From: Candidatus Oleincola secundus
GTDB taxonomy: Bacteria; Atribacterota; Phoenicimicrobiia; Phoenicimicrobiales; Stramentimicrobiaceae
NCBI GenBank assembly: GCA_018400815.1
Contig: JAGYLS010000002.1
Coordinates: forward strand, 1-54,866
DNA length: 54,866 nucleotides
Direction: 5' to 3'
Positions 1 through 8,699 of the stretch are shown in pieces. A program made the position numbers and the translations under genes. How positions within the stretch are numbered: position 1 is the first letter of the stretch; each line of letters begins with the position of its first letter. The notes under the pieces are model-generated. The model was not told the origin of the DNA. It saw only the letters and a program-made list of their open reading frames with translations, and did not search any database.

Positions 1-491
1 TTTGCAGTCAATATTAGCTGGTGTGTTACAATGTCCTCTCCAATATTACGGACATTCGTACCGGGGTAAACAGATTGAAATATTTTCAGCTGTTCAAATC
101 CCTCTTTTCGAATATTGGGTTGGCTATTTCCCTTTTGTTCAACAGGGATAACATCCTCAATTTTTATCACTGAATCAAATCCCTCCGGCAGAGGGTTGCC
201 GGTATTCACATACAAAAAATCTTTCTTATAAGTCAACATAATCGGATTATTTTCTGAAGCATTCTCTGTATCCCCGGAATGCACAGCGATTCCGTCCATA
301 GCTGCAGCTGTATAGTGCAAAGATGACCTTTTGGCATAAACAGCTTCTGAGGTAACCCGGGCAAGCGATTCTTCGACCGGAAGCAATTCTTTCTTTGAAT
401 TCAATAAAAGCTTTCCTTCTAAAATAGCTTTATCAATTTTTTGTTTCGCTTCCTCTAAGGATATTTTATTCAAATAAATATTTCGTTCCAT
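1..491 (-). CDS. MoeA-family molybdopterin molybdenumtransferase paralogue, N-terminal ~163 codons (3' end runs off the left edge of the window)
   Basis: Own translation of the minus strand from ATG at 491-489: MERNIYLNKISLEEAKQKIDKAILEGKLL...HYTAAAMDGIAVHSGD...VNTGNPLPEGFDSVIKIED...NVRNIGEDI, open to position 1. The AMDG(I/Y)AV and TG.PLP.G.D motifs are MoeA-like. Absent from the ORF track because it is edge-truncated. Confidence 0.7.
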   Translation of the reverse strand, partial: MERNIYLNKISLEEAKQKIDKAILEGKLLLNSKKELLPVEESLARVTSEAVYAKRSSLHYTAAAMDGIAVHSGDTENASENNPIMLTYKKDFLYVNTGNPLPEGFDSVIKIEDVIPVEQKGNSQPNIRKEGFEQLKIFQSVYPGTNVRNIGEDIVTHQLILTA

Positions 492-533
492 TATATATCA
501 ATTAATCCCCTTATCTTTTGTGTTCATACTATG

Positions 534-1802
534 TCATTCAAACAAGGTAACGATAACCTTTTGCCCCTGATATAAACCTTCCTGATTAAGTCTAATAGTA
601 ATATAGCCATCAGCCATGGCTAGAGAAGAAATCATCCCTGATTTACCAAGAACCGGAACAGCCCACAGTTGATTGTTTTTATTTTTTAACAAAACCCTAA
701 TATATTCTTCCCTTCCTGCATCAGAAAATACATTATTTTCCAATAAGGCATCAATTGTTTTTCGTCCTCCAAAATGAAAGGTTTCGCCTTTTAAGTCAGA
801 TATTATCTTTCTAACCACATTATCAAAAACCATCATAGCCGAAACTGGATGTCCCGGCAAACCAATAAATAATTTCTGTTTATTTAAAGAGATAATAGTC
901 GGCTTCCCCGGTTTTAATGCTAATCCGTGAACCAGGATACCCGGCGGACCAAGACGGTTCAATACTTTTAAGGTATAATCCCTTACTCCGACTGAACTGC
1001 CACCGGAAATTAAGGTCAAGTCTATTTCCTGGTTTTCCAGACATTCAGAAAGCGCTTTTTCCAATATCAATTCATCATCAGGAATAATGCCAATATAATA
1101 AGGAATACAACCCATTTGTTCGATTGCAGCTCCTAAGGCAAAAGTGTTAATATCCCGCACCTGACCGGGCTCCGGTTTAGAATTAATAGATATGATTTCA
1201 TCACCGGTAGAAATAATTGCAACGACCAGTTTTTTAAAAACATTGATCTTTTCACAACCAAGTGCGGCCAGTAAACCAATATCCTGAGGTCTGAGACGAT
1301 GACCTTTCCCAAAAATGGTCTCGTTTTTCTTGATATCTTCATCTTCTCTTAATACGTTTTCCCAGGGAGCTACTGAACGACTTATTTCAATCATCGTCGA
1401 GCTGATGTTATCAGTATACTCTAACATTACCACTGCATCAGCGCCTTCAGGCAACATGCCCCCGGTTGAAATCCGTGCAGCCTGTCCATTTTGTAACTGA
1501 AAAGAAGGTTTTTCTGACATCTTGATCTCACCAATCAAATCAAGATAAGCCGGTAAACCGTCACTGGCTCCATAAGTATCACTGGCTTTTACTGCATATC
1601 CATCCATCGTTGATCTATTAAATCCGGGTATATTCTCAGTTGATATAATATTTTCTGCTAACACTCTTCCGTAAGCATGGATAAGCTCTATTTGTTCTTC
1701 ACGCTTTTTAAAAAATGTAGCAAAATTAAAAGATTGACGAAAGATTTTTAGGCTTTCCTCGATTGTTATGACTTTAAATAGTGGCTGGATCATAAAAAAC
1801 AT
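534..1802 (-). CDS. moeA: Molybdopterin molybdenumtransferase MoeA
   Basis: 422-aa ORF with STMDGYAV, ISTGGMLPEGADAVV, NVLREDEDI and LISGGSSVG motifs typical of MoeA/gephyrin E domain. Start could be Met1 or Met4. Confidence 0.85.
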   Translation of the reverse strand: MFFMIQPLFKVITIEESLKIFRQSFNFATFFKKREEQIELIHAYGRVLAENIISTENIPGFNRSTMDGYAVKASDTYGASDGLPAYLDLIGEIKMSEKPSFQLQNGQAARISTGGMLPEGADAVVMLEYTDNISSTMIEISRSVAPWENVLREDEDIKKNETIFGKGHRLRPQDIGLLAALGCEKINVFKKLVVAIISTGDEIISINSKPEPGQVRDINTFALGAAIEQMGCIPYYIGIIPDDELILEKALSECLENQEIDLTLISGGSSVGVRDYTLKVLNRLGPPGILVHGLALKPGKPTIISLNKQKLFIGLPGHPVSAMMVFDNVVRKIISDLKGETFHFGGRKTIDALLENNVFSDAGREEYIRVLLKNKNNQLWAVPVLGKSGMISSLAMADGYITIRLNQEGLYQGQKVIVTLFE

Positions 1803-1805
1803 CTA

Positions 1806-1953
1806 TCGTCAGGGGAAAATCCCCTGAAACCCCTTTCTTAATCTTATTAAACTCTTTTAAAGATAACTTTTAGTTGAAGCTAAAAGTTCGTCAGGGGAAA
1901 ATCCCCTGAAACCCCTCTCTTAATCTTATTAAACTCTTTTAAAGATAACTTTT
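1806..1953. repeat. Two tandem copies (82-bp period) of a ~66-nt unit, each carrying the hairpin CAGGGGAAAATCCCCTG
   Basis: tcgtcaggggaaaatcccctgaaacccct[t/c]tcttaatcttattaaactcttttaaagataactttt occurs at 1806-1871 and 1888-1953 with one mismatch. The 16-nt joint forms its own hairpin (aacttttag/ctaaaagtt). Confidence 0.9.
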
Positions 1954-2082
1954 GCTTTAATGCTTTAGCCTATACTAAACTATAGAAATAATTCTTTATT
2001 GTTTTTGTGGCATTCTATTCTTATACTCTTATCAGAATAATTCGTCTGTTTTAAATGATTAATTAAGAAATCCTTTATATAT

Positions 2083-2121
2083 TAAAAAATCCTGTATGGA
2101 AATACCGTACAGGATTTTTTC
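2083..2121 (-). terminator. Intrinsic terminator (bidirectional hairpin flanked by A-run and T-run)
   Basis: aaaaaATCCTGTAtggaaataccgTACAGGATtttttt: 8-11 bp stem (2089-2115) with T-tracts on both strands. Lies downstream of lplA and of the promoter at 2243-2271. Confidence 0.6.
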
Positions 2122-2236
2122 TTCTTTCCAATACGGGGGGCTCAAAAATTTCTTAATGAACCTAACGGATGCCTGTCATAGGCTATGCCCTTAGAATAGA
2201 CAACTCGAAGAATTTTTATTCTGTTTTTAAATGAAC
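2122..2236 (-). promoter_or_regulatory. Structured leader RNA, candidate Moco/Tuco riboswitch aptamer (alternatively a stand-alone sRNA)
   Basis: ~115 nt between a near-consensus promoter and a terminator, upstream of moeA. The 3' segment GAGCCCCCCGUAUUGGAAAGAAG resembles, from memory, the conserved 3' part of the E. coli moaA Moco element (GCCUCCCGUAUCUGGAAAGG). Possible P1 is UUCUUC/GAAGAA. No covariance model was run. Confidence 0.4.
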
Positions 2237-2242
2237 TTATCA

Positions 2243-2271
2243 ATTATACCCAAATCAGCTCATTTTTTCAA
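2243..2271 (-). promoter_or_regulatory. Sigma-70-type promoter TTGAAA-N17-TATAAT
   Basis: Minus-strand read: TTGAAAaaatgagctgatttgggTATAAT. -35 at 2271-2266, -10 at 2248-2243. Confidence 0.55.
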
Positions 2272-2344
2272 AAAAATATATATGACTAAATATTTGCTTA
2301 TAAATTAATATTTCCAACATCTTACAATTATTAAATAAAATCGC

Positions 2345-3331
2345 CTATCCGAAGAAAACAGTCATAATTTCCGGTAATGTTATATCTCCAAAATAATATT
2401 TTAAGTCAAACTTTGACAGAGTTCTTTCTATGGTTTCTGATTCATAGCGTTTATTTTTTAATTTCTTCTCGATCTCAGAAATATCACATAATGATAGAAA
2501 ATCTCCAAAAATCTGGCAATTCTTTAGTATTCCTTTTTCTACATCAAGAAATAATTCAACTTTTCCACCCGGAAATCTACGAGTATTTTTTATACTGTAA
2601 GGAGGAGAATAGCCAAAATTCCATTCCCAGGTATTGTATTTATCATTTACCAGTTTATTTATTTGTCTTAAATCCTCTTCACTGAGAAAATACTGATTAA
2701 TTTTCTCTCCCTGAAATAATTCTCTCAAAATAGATTCCCTGAATTCCTCAATGGTCCCCTGCTGTGCAAGATAAGGCTTAATATTGGTAACACGGCTACG
2801 AATTGATTTGATTCCCTTTGATTGAATCTTGTCAAGCCCGACCTGTAATACCTTCGCCATAACCTCCAGATCTGTATCAAAAAGAAGTGTTCCGTGATGG
2901 AGTAGTTTATTCCTGAAAAGACGTTGGGCATTACCAGAAATTTTCTTTCCTTCTACGGTAATATCATTACGCCCGGTTAACTCAGCCGAAACACCTAATT
3001 TATTCAATGCTTCAACAACAGGTAAGGCAAATTTTTTAATTTCCAAATTGGAAGGTTTTTCTAAACGCTTCAAAAAGGTAAAATTTAAATTGCCCAAATC
3101 CTGGTAAACAGCCCCGCCTCCCGAAAGTCTACGAACTACCTTGATTTCTTTCTCATTAACAAAAGGCATATTAATTTCTTCTATGGTATTCTGGTTATTT
3201 CCGACTACAATAGTTGGCGTATTTTTCCAGAGGAAAACAATGTCTTCTTTCACATTTTTGTTTTTCAATATATGTTCTTCTAAGGCTAAATTAAAATAGG
3301 GAGAATAAGATTGGCTATCAATATACTTCAT
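2345..3331 (-). CDS. lplA: Lipoate-protein ligase A
   Basis: 328 aa. RRLSGGGAVYQDLGNLNFTF, GKKISGNAQR and HHGTLLFD motifs of LplA/LplJ, plus a C-terminal accessory domain. Confidence 0.85.
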   Translation of the reverse strand: MKYIDSQSYSPYFNLALEEHILKNKNVKEDIVFLWKNTPTIVVGNNQNTIEEINMPFVNEKEIKVVRRLSGGGAVYQDLGNLNFTFLKRLEKPSNLEIKKFALPVVEALNKLGVSAELTGRNDITVEGKKISGNAQRLFRNKLLHHGTLLFDTDLEVMAKVLQVGLDKIQSKGIKSIRSRVTNIKPYLAQQGTIEEFRESILRELFQGEKINQYFLSEEDLRQINKLVNDKYNTWEWNFGYSPPYSIKNTRRFPGGKVELFLDVEKGILKNCQIFGDFLSLCDISEIEKKLKNKRYESETIERTLSKFDLKYYFGDITLPEIMTVFFG

Positions 3332-3555
3332 CTCTTGCTCCTTTCAAAAATCAAACCATTCTGTAAAAGTTATTTCATCACTTAAGATCACTTAAGACAG
3401 AAAATTAAAAAAATTCCAATAGCATAAAAATAGTTAAAATAATCAAGAAGATAAATTCAAGACTGCCCAAAACAAATAGTAAGTCAATACAAGATATTTT
3501 GCAAGCCGAATCGAGAAAAAGAAAATTATAATTTACGATTGGTTCTTAAATTATT

Positions 3556-3584
3556 TTGAATTAAGTCAGTTTTTCCTCTATAAT
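3556..3584 (+). promoter_or_regulatory. Sigma-70-type promoter TTGAAT-N17-TATAAT for the EamA gene
   Basis: ttgaat(3556-3561)-17 nt-tataat(3579-3584). A GGAGG RBS at ~3622 precedes the TTG start at 3635. Confidence 0.55.
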
Positions 3585-3634
3585 ACCAAGTTATGGAATA
3601 AGAGATAGAATTGATATTCTGGAAGGAGTAGGTT

Positions 3635-4597
3635 TTGCTCAAAAAAACAAAAGGCTACCTTATGATTGCTACAGCAGGCTGTTTATGGGGTTCAGTAGGT
3701 TTCTTTGTCAAAAATTTATTGGATGCTCAACTCCCTCTATCAACTATCATTTTTTGGAGAATGTTTTTTGCTTTTATTATTCTATTTTTATATCTCTATT
3801 TTACAGACAAATCAAAATTGAAAATTGATCGGGAAATTTTAAAATATGTTATCGCTATTGGTTTAATCAGCCAATGCCTATTTAATATCAGTTATTTTAC
3901 TGCTATCAGAATAACTTCTATTGCTACTGCTGTAACGCTATTATATACTGCTCCCATATTTATTGCCTTGATGGCAAGAATATTTTTTCGAGAATTATTT
4001 ACTACCAATAAAATCATTGCACTATTATTGTGTGTAACGGGATGTTTCTTCACTGTGACCGGTGGTTCCTGGGAAACCCTGCAACTAAATTCCTCAGGAA
4101 TATTGGCAGGATTAGCAGCTGGTTTAACCTTTGGTTCACTAACTATTCTCAGTAAACCGATTGCCAATAAATGTCATCCTTATACTATTGTCTTTTATTC
4201 TATCGGGTTTGGTCTAATGTTTTATTTACCGTTTTCACACCCAATGATCCTCTTCCAACAGGGTAGTGGATATATTATCTGGTTCTATATGCTTTCTCTT
4301 AGTATCATTTCTACTATTTTTGCTTATCTATTCTATATTGGCGGATTATCAATGGGCATAGAAGCCTCTAAAGCAGGGATTATCAGCACCATTGAAGTTG
4401 TTGTCGCAGTAATAGTGTCTTATCTATTCTTTAATGAACAATTAGCAGGCTGGAAGTTGTTGGGGATATTGCTGGTCATAGGATCGGTAATTACCGTTCA
4501 GCTAGATCGATTGGTTTCTCGAAAAAGAAATAATAAAAGGAAAAGGCAATCTCTTTTAAAATCAAAAAATATATCCAGACAAAATTCATCTAATTGA
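3635..4597 (+). CDS. EamA/DMT-superfamily transporter (10 TM)
   Basis: 320 aa, two EamA-like 5-TM halves, basic C-terminal tail. TTG start. Confidence 0.8.
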   Translation: MLKKTKGYLMIATAGCLWGSVGFFVKNLLDAQLPLSTIIFWRMFFAFIILFLYLYFTDKSKLKIDREILKYVIAIGLISQCLFNISYFTAIRITSIATAVTLLYTAPIFIALMARIFFRELFTTNKIIALLLCVTGCFFTVTGGSWETLQLNSSGILAGLAAGLTFGSLTILSKPIANKCHPYTIVFYSIGFGLMFYLPFSHPMILFQQGSGYIIWFYMLSLSIISTIFAYLFYIGGLSMGIEASKAGIISTIEVVVAVIVSYLFFNEQLAGWKLLGILLVIGSVITVQLDRLVSRKRNNKRKRQSLLKSKNISRQNSSN

Positions 4598-4600
4598 TTT

Positions 4601-5497
4601 TTATAACAATGCGGTACTAAAATACCTTTCGGCCCGATCAGGCAAAACAGTAACAATGCGATTTTTCCCATTATCCAGATGTAAAGCAGTAAACACATTC
4701 GCACCAGAAGAAGTTCCCACCAATAACCCTTCTTGAAGGGATAACAATCGAGTAGTTTCAATAGCCTCTTCATCAGATACTGTAATTACAAAATCAACGA
4801 TATTCACATCCAGAACTCCAGGAATAAATCCATCCCCAATACCCTGTATCTGATGTAATCCTGGTTCTTTTCCCAGAAGTGCGGCACTGTTTTTTGGTTC
4901 CACTGCAACAATTTTAATGGAAGGGTTTTTCTCTTTTAAGAATTGACCCATACCTTGAAGTGTTCCGCCACTACCTACACCGGCAACAAAGATATCAATC
5001 TCTCCTTTGGTATCTTTCCATATTTCGGGACCTAGAATTTTATAATGAGTCTCAGGATTCTTAGGATTAACAAATTGATCTGTAATAAAATATCTTTCCG
5101 GATCCTGTTCGGTTAATTCTCTCATTCTCTTAATAGAACCGGTTAAACTCTCTTCAGCAGGGGTGGCAATAATTTTACCGCCAAAGGCCTGAATAATTTT
5201 TTTCCGTTCCGCACTCATATTTTCCGGCATAACACAAATAACTTCATAGCCTTTCTGCACTCCTATAAGTGTTAACCCTATGCCAGTATTACCGGAGGTA
5301 GATTCAATAATTGTCATACCGGGTTTTAATTTCTTATCATTTTCCGCTTCCTCGATAATATATTTTGCCACACGGTCTTTGATGCTCCCACCGGGATTTA
5401 AGAATTCTGCCTTGGCAAACACATTTCCCGAAGATATCTTATTTAAACGCAAAAGCGGCGTATTGCCAATCGCTTCAATAACATTGTTAATAAGCAT
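4601..5497 (-). CDS. cysK: Cysteine synthase (O-acetylserine sulfhydrylase)
   Basis: 298 aa. GNTPLLRL, NPGGSIKDR (PLP lysine), SGNTGIGL and GVGSGGT motifs. Confidence 0.85.
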   Translation of the reverse strand: MLINNVIEAIGNTPLLRLNKISSGNVFAKAEFLNPGGSIKDRVAKYIIEEAENDKKLKPGMTIIESTSGNTGIGLTLIGVQKGYEVICVMPENMSAERKKIIQAFGGKIIATPAEESLTGSIKRMRELTEQDPERYFITDQFVNPKNPETHYKILGPEIWKDTKGEIDIFVAGVGSGGTLQGMGQFLKEKNPSIKIVAVEPKNSAALLGKEPGLHQIQGIGDGFIPGVLDVNIVDFVITVSDEEAIETTRLLSLQEGLLVGTSSGANVFTALHLDNGKNRIVTVLPDRAERYFSTALL

Positions 5498-5699
5498 AAT
5501 ATTACCTTTCTGCCTTCTAGTGATAGTATGATTTTTAAAAAAATAAATATAATTTTCTATTTATTACAGAATAATTGTCACATATTCTATCAAATTTTTA
5601 TTTTCATAGCAAATAATAAAAAAAATAAAATCAGGGTCAATTCTATAGATTACTAGGGTGGGTAGTAAGAATAAATCTAATTGCTAAAAATGTATTCAG

Positions 5700-5754
5700 A
5701 AATTAAATAGATGCGGTATAGGTTCTAAAAATGGTAACCGCATCTATTTAATTT
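5700..5754 (-). terminator. Long hairpin overlapping the stop codon of the 215-aa ORF, probable terminator
   Basis: aaattaaatagatgcggt (5700-5717) pairs perfectly with accgcatctatttaattt (5737-5754), giving an 18-bp stem and a 19-nt loop. Confidence 0.5.
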
Positions 5755-6391
5755 CTAATATAGACTGAGGGCTTATGCTTCTTTCTTCCCAGGCAATTTG
5801 ATTTTTCTCTTTCATTAGTTCAAGGGTTCGATAAATATCTGCCAGAGGATATAGGTCAGGCATTGTATAAACCAATTCTTGAGCAGTGACTTGTTCTTTT
5901 TCCTTTAACAAATCCTTGAGATGCTTTATTACCAATTTACTAATTTTTTGATATTTGGCTTTCTCCTCAGCTTTTAAAAATTGTTCTGAACCTGTATCTA
6001 GTGAAAAATTTTCTTGTTGTTCAGGTTTTTGTTCGTTTAACTTTTCTTCCATTGTTTGGGTAATCTCAGCTTGTCTTTGAATTAAATTTTGAATTTGTGC
6101 TTTTATTTCTTCAAGGACATATTGTTCTTTTTTGGGAATATTTGCTATATTATCATCCGGATTATCCTTGATATCCTTTTTCTTTATATCCCGATAAGCA
6201 GTCTCATAAATAGACTGTGACAAAGCCTCCAGGCTATCAATATTTTGCTTCATCTTTTTAATCTGTAAGTCAAATTTCTTAAATAATTGCAAAGACCAGT
6301 AATAAAAAACAATGCCCAGGCATAATGCCAACAAAACAATGCCACTGGCCAATAATTGGGATGACTGACCAAGAACGGAAATATTTTCCAT
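5744..6391 (-). CDS. Hypothetical membrane-anchored coiled-coil protein
   Basis: 215 aa. One N-terminal TM helix, a long K/E/Q-rich coiled-coil, and a C-terminal ~50 aa that looks wHTH-like. No family recognised. Confidence 0.55.
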   Translation of the reverse strand: MENISVLGQSSQLLASGIVLLALCLGIVFYYWSLQLFKKFDLQIKKMKQNIDSLEALSQSIYETAYRDIKKKDIKDNPDDNIANIPKKEQYVLEEIKAQIQNLIQRQAEITQTMEEKLNEQKPEQQENFSLDTGSEQFLKAEEKAKYQKISKLVIKHLKDLLKEKEQVTAQELVYTMPDLYPLADIYRTLELMKEKNQIAWEERSISPQSILEIK

Positions 6392-6654
6392 TATTTTTCC
6401 TCCTTATGGAGATTATTCTTGAGTTCCGGATTGAGTTCTCGTTTTTCTGGTATAAAAACTTTTTTCTCATATAAGAGAGCAGGTATTTTCTCTAATCGGG
6501 CTGTACTCATTTCCAATCCTTTGGACATTTCAATAACTAATAAAGACAATTGACTGTAGAGCCTATAAAACATCATTGCTAACCAGATAGCAAATAAGCT
6601 GATGATAATCGCCAGAAAAGATACTATTAAGACAATAATTTCAGAATGATTCAT
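6391..6654 (-). CDS. Hypothetical small membrane protein
   Basis: 87 aa with one N-terminal TM helix. Its stop overlaps the start of the next ORF (ATGA), suggesting translational coupling. Confidence 0.5.
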   Translation of the reverse strand: MNHSEIIVLIVSFLAIIISLFAIWLAMMFYRLYSQLSLLVIEMSKGLEMSTARLEKIPALLYEKKVFIPEKRELNPELKNNLHKEEK

Positions 6655-6675
6655 ATAACACTCCTCTCTGAAAAA

Positions 6676-7437
6676 TTAAAATATATCTAAATGCTGACAT
6701 AATGCGGACAAAAATAAACCAACATCTTCATGAACAACAACAGCAGCTTGATTATCCAGATGTGTTTCCATATAATTAATAATAATCAATTTTCCTTTTT
6801 GGGCTAGACTATACTCAGGTAATAAGTTAGCAGGAGAAACTTGTAATGACGACCCTACCGCTAAGAATAAATCAGCCTTATTGGCTTCATCAATTGCTTC
6901 ATCAAGATTAGAAAGTACTTCACCAAATAAGACAACATCCGGTTTAAAAACACCACCACACTGGCAATAAGGGATTTTATGTTCATTCTCTTCAATTTTT
7001 TTAATTAATAATTCTGAGGAAATCTTTTTCCCACATCGGGAACAAATAGCTTGATTTAAATTACCATGAATTTCCAGTACATGCTCGGACCCTGCCTTTT
7101 TATGCAAATCATCAATATTCTGGGTTATTAAAAAATGAAGATACCCTGCCTGCTCCAATTTAGCCAGGGAATGATGGGCTTGATTGGGAGAAACTTTCTG
7201 TAATTCTTCTATCCTGGGGCGATAGAACTGATAAAAACGAGCGGGGTTCTCCTGAAAAGCCTGTATGCTGGTAATTTTTATTGGATTTACTTTAGACCAT
7301 AGTCCCTTGCCAGGCGTCCGAAAATCAGGAATTCCAGAGGCAGTGCTTACCCCTGCCCCTGTTAAGCAAACAGTATATTTTGAATCTTTTATTAATTCAC
7401 TTACTTCTTTTAATTGTTTTTCGTCTATTTTCGGCAC
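6676..7437 (-). CDS. cobB: NAD-dependent protein deacylase (Sir2 family)
   Basis: 253 aa. GAGVSTASGIPDFR, TQNIDDLH, and a Zn ribbon CSRC...CQCGG. GTG start. Confidence 0.85.
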   Translation of the reverse strand: MPKIDEKQLKEVSELIKDSKYTVCLTGAGVSTASGIPDFRTPGKGLWSKVNPIKITSIQAFQENPARFYQFYRPRIEELQKVSPNQAHHSLAKLEQAGYLHFLITQNIDDLHKKAGSEHVLEIHGNLNQAICSRCGKKISSELLIKKIEENEHKIPYCQCGGVFKPDVVLFGEVLSNLDEAIDEANKADLFLAVGSSLQVSPANLLPEYSLAQKGKLIIINYMETHLDNQAAVVVHEDVGLFLSALCQHLDIF

Positions 7438-7577
7438 TAGACATTTTCAGGGAAATTTCCCCAAAACTCCTTTTGTTATTCCTGGTATTGCAATATTATA
7501 TAACACTTTAATAAGAAAAAATTATCTTTTAATTTATAGTCTAGTAAAAGATTTTAACTCTAAGTTCTCTATTTTGG

Positions 7578-8651
7578 CTAAACATTGAATCGAAAATTAA
7601 TAATATCACCGTCTTCAATAATAGTATCTTTACCTTCTACTTTTAATAGCCCCTTTTCCTTTAGCTTTTGCATCGATCCTAATTGTTTAAAATCTTCAAA
7701 ACGTACAACTTCCGCCCGGATAAAACCACGCTCTATATCGCTATGGATTTTACCTGCTGCTTTAACTGCCGTCGTACCTTCATGAATAGTCCAGGCCCTT
7801 ACCTCATCTTTCCCTACAGTAAAAAATGATATCAAACCGAGATGTCGATAGAGAACATGCGATAATCTCTCGATACCAGTTTCCTGAAAACCTAAATCTT
7901 CTAAAAAAACTTGCCTTTCTTCTTCGGTCAATTCATTGATTTCCATCTCCAGTTTTCCACAGATTGGAATACTAGCCATTTGATGATTCTTAATGAACTG
8001 ATTAAATTTTTCTTGATTTGAAAATTGATTATTACGTAACTGGTCTTCATCAAGATTAATTACCACAATGATTGGCTTTAGTGTAAATAAACCAAATCCA
8101 CTCAGTAACTTTGAATCTTCCTCTGTTAAACTTTGGCTAATCAGTAGTTTATCATTACTTAAATACTGATAACATTTTTCCAAAACTTGCTTTTCCATTT
8201 CTTCTTGACGGGTTAATTTTCTTTTAGATTGATTTAGTCTATTTATACGATTTTCCGTTATTTCCAAATCCCTTAAGAGAATTTCATAAACCAAAGATTC
8301 TATTTGAGAAAGTGGATCAGTAGTCCCTGGAATCAGGGTATCATAAAAAACTCGGACAATCATTAATAGGGCATCTACATTTTGTATTTGAGTAAAAACA
8401 TTCTGCTTTTCTTTTTCCGGAATATCTGATGAAATACCCGGAATATCAATCACCTCAATTGTTGCATGGGTAGTTTTTTTAGGCTGATAGATTGAACTCA
8501 AATAATCAACACGGTCATCGGCAACCTTCGCAACACCAATATTCTTGATTTTGCGAGCTGTAAAAGAATTTGTCTGTTTGTGCTGACTCGTTAAGAGATT
8601 AAATAAAGTTGTTTTCCCAGTCAAAGGCAGTCCCAAAATACCAATATTCAT
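7578..8651 (-). CDS. ychF: Ribosome-binding ATPase YchF
   Basis: 357 aa. G1 motif GLPLTGKTTLFN, coiled-coil insert, and a C-terminal TGS-like WTI..GT.A..AAGKIHSDIERGFIRAEV. Confidence 0.85.
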   Translation of the reverse strand: MNIGILGLPLTGKTTLFNLLTSQHKQTNSFTARKIKNIGVAKVADDRVDYLSSIYQPKKTTHATIEVIDIPGISSDIPEKEKQNVFTQIQNVDALLMIVRVFYDTLIPGTTDPLSQIESLVYEILLRDLEITENRINRLNQSKRKLTRQEEMEKQVLEKCYQYLSNDKLLISQSLTEEDSKLLSGFGLFTLKPIIVVINLDEDQLRNNQFSNQEKFNQFIKNHQMASIPICGKLEMEINELTEEERQVFLEDLGFQETGIERLSHVLYRHLGLISFFTVGKDEVRAWTIHEGTTAVKAAGKIHSDIERGFIRAEVVRFEDFKQLGSMQKLKEKGLLKVEGKDTIIEDGDIINFRFNV

Positions 8652-8699
8652 AATTTCTCCTCTTTTATCCTATGTAATGTATCAAGTCTAAATTTAGAC

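Noticed and set aside
1806-1953. Possible miniature CRISPR array (two repeats with hairpin potential)
   Set aside because: There are only two copies. The 'spacer' is 16 nt and is itself palindromic, the repeat unit is ~66 nt, and no cas genes or leader are present. It is better described as a tandem duplication.
3377-3396. Tandem decamer ATCACTTAAG x2 upstream of lplA
   Set aside because: It is real in the sequence but only 20 bp, with no recognisable regulator motif. It is too little to interpret beyond a possible promoter-proximal site.
5650-5670. T-box-like AGGGTGGGTA upstream of cysK
   Set aside because: The motif is on the plus strand while cysK is on the minus strand, and no specifier-loop or antiterminator architecture surrounds it.
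6676-7437. Sir2 protein as part of an anti-phage system (Thoeris/DSR/SIR2-HerA-like)
   Set aside because: At 253 aa, with the canonical GAG..GIPDFR and Zn-ribbon motifs, it is a standard CobB-type deacylase. No SLOG/TIR/HerA/pAgo partner is adjacent.
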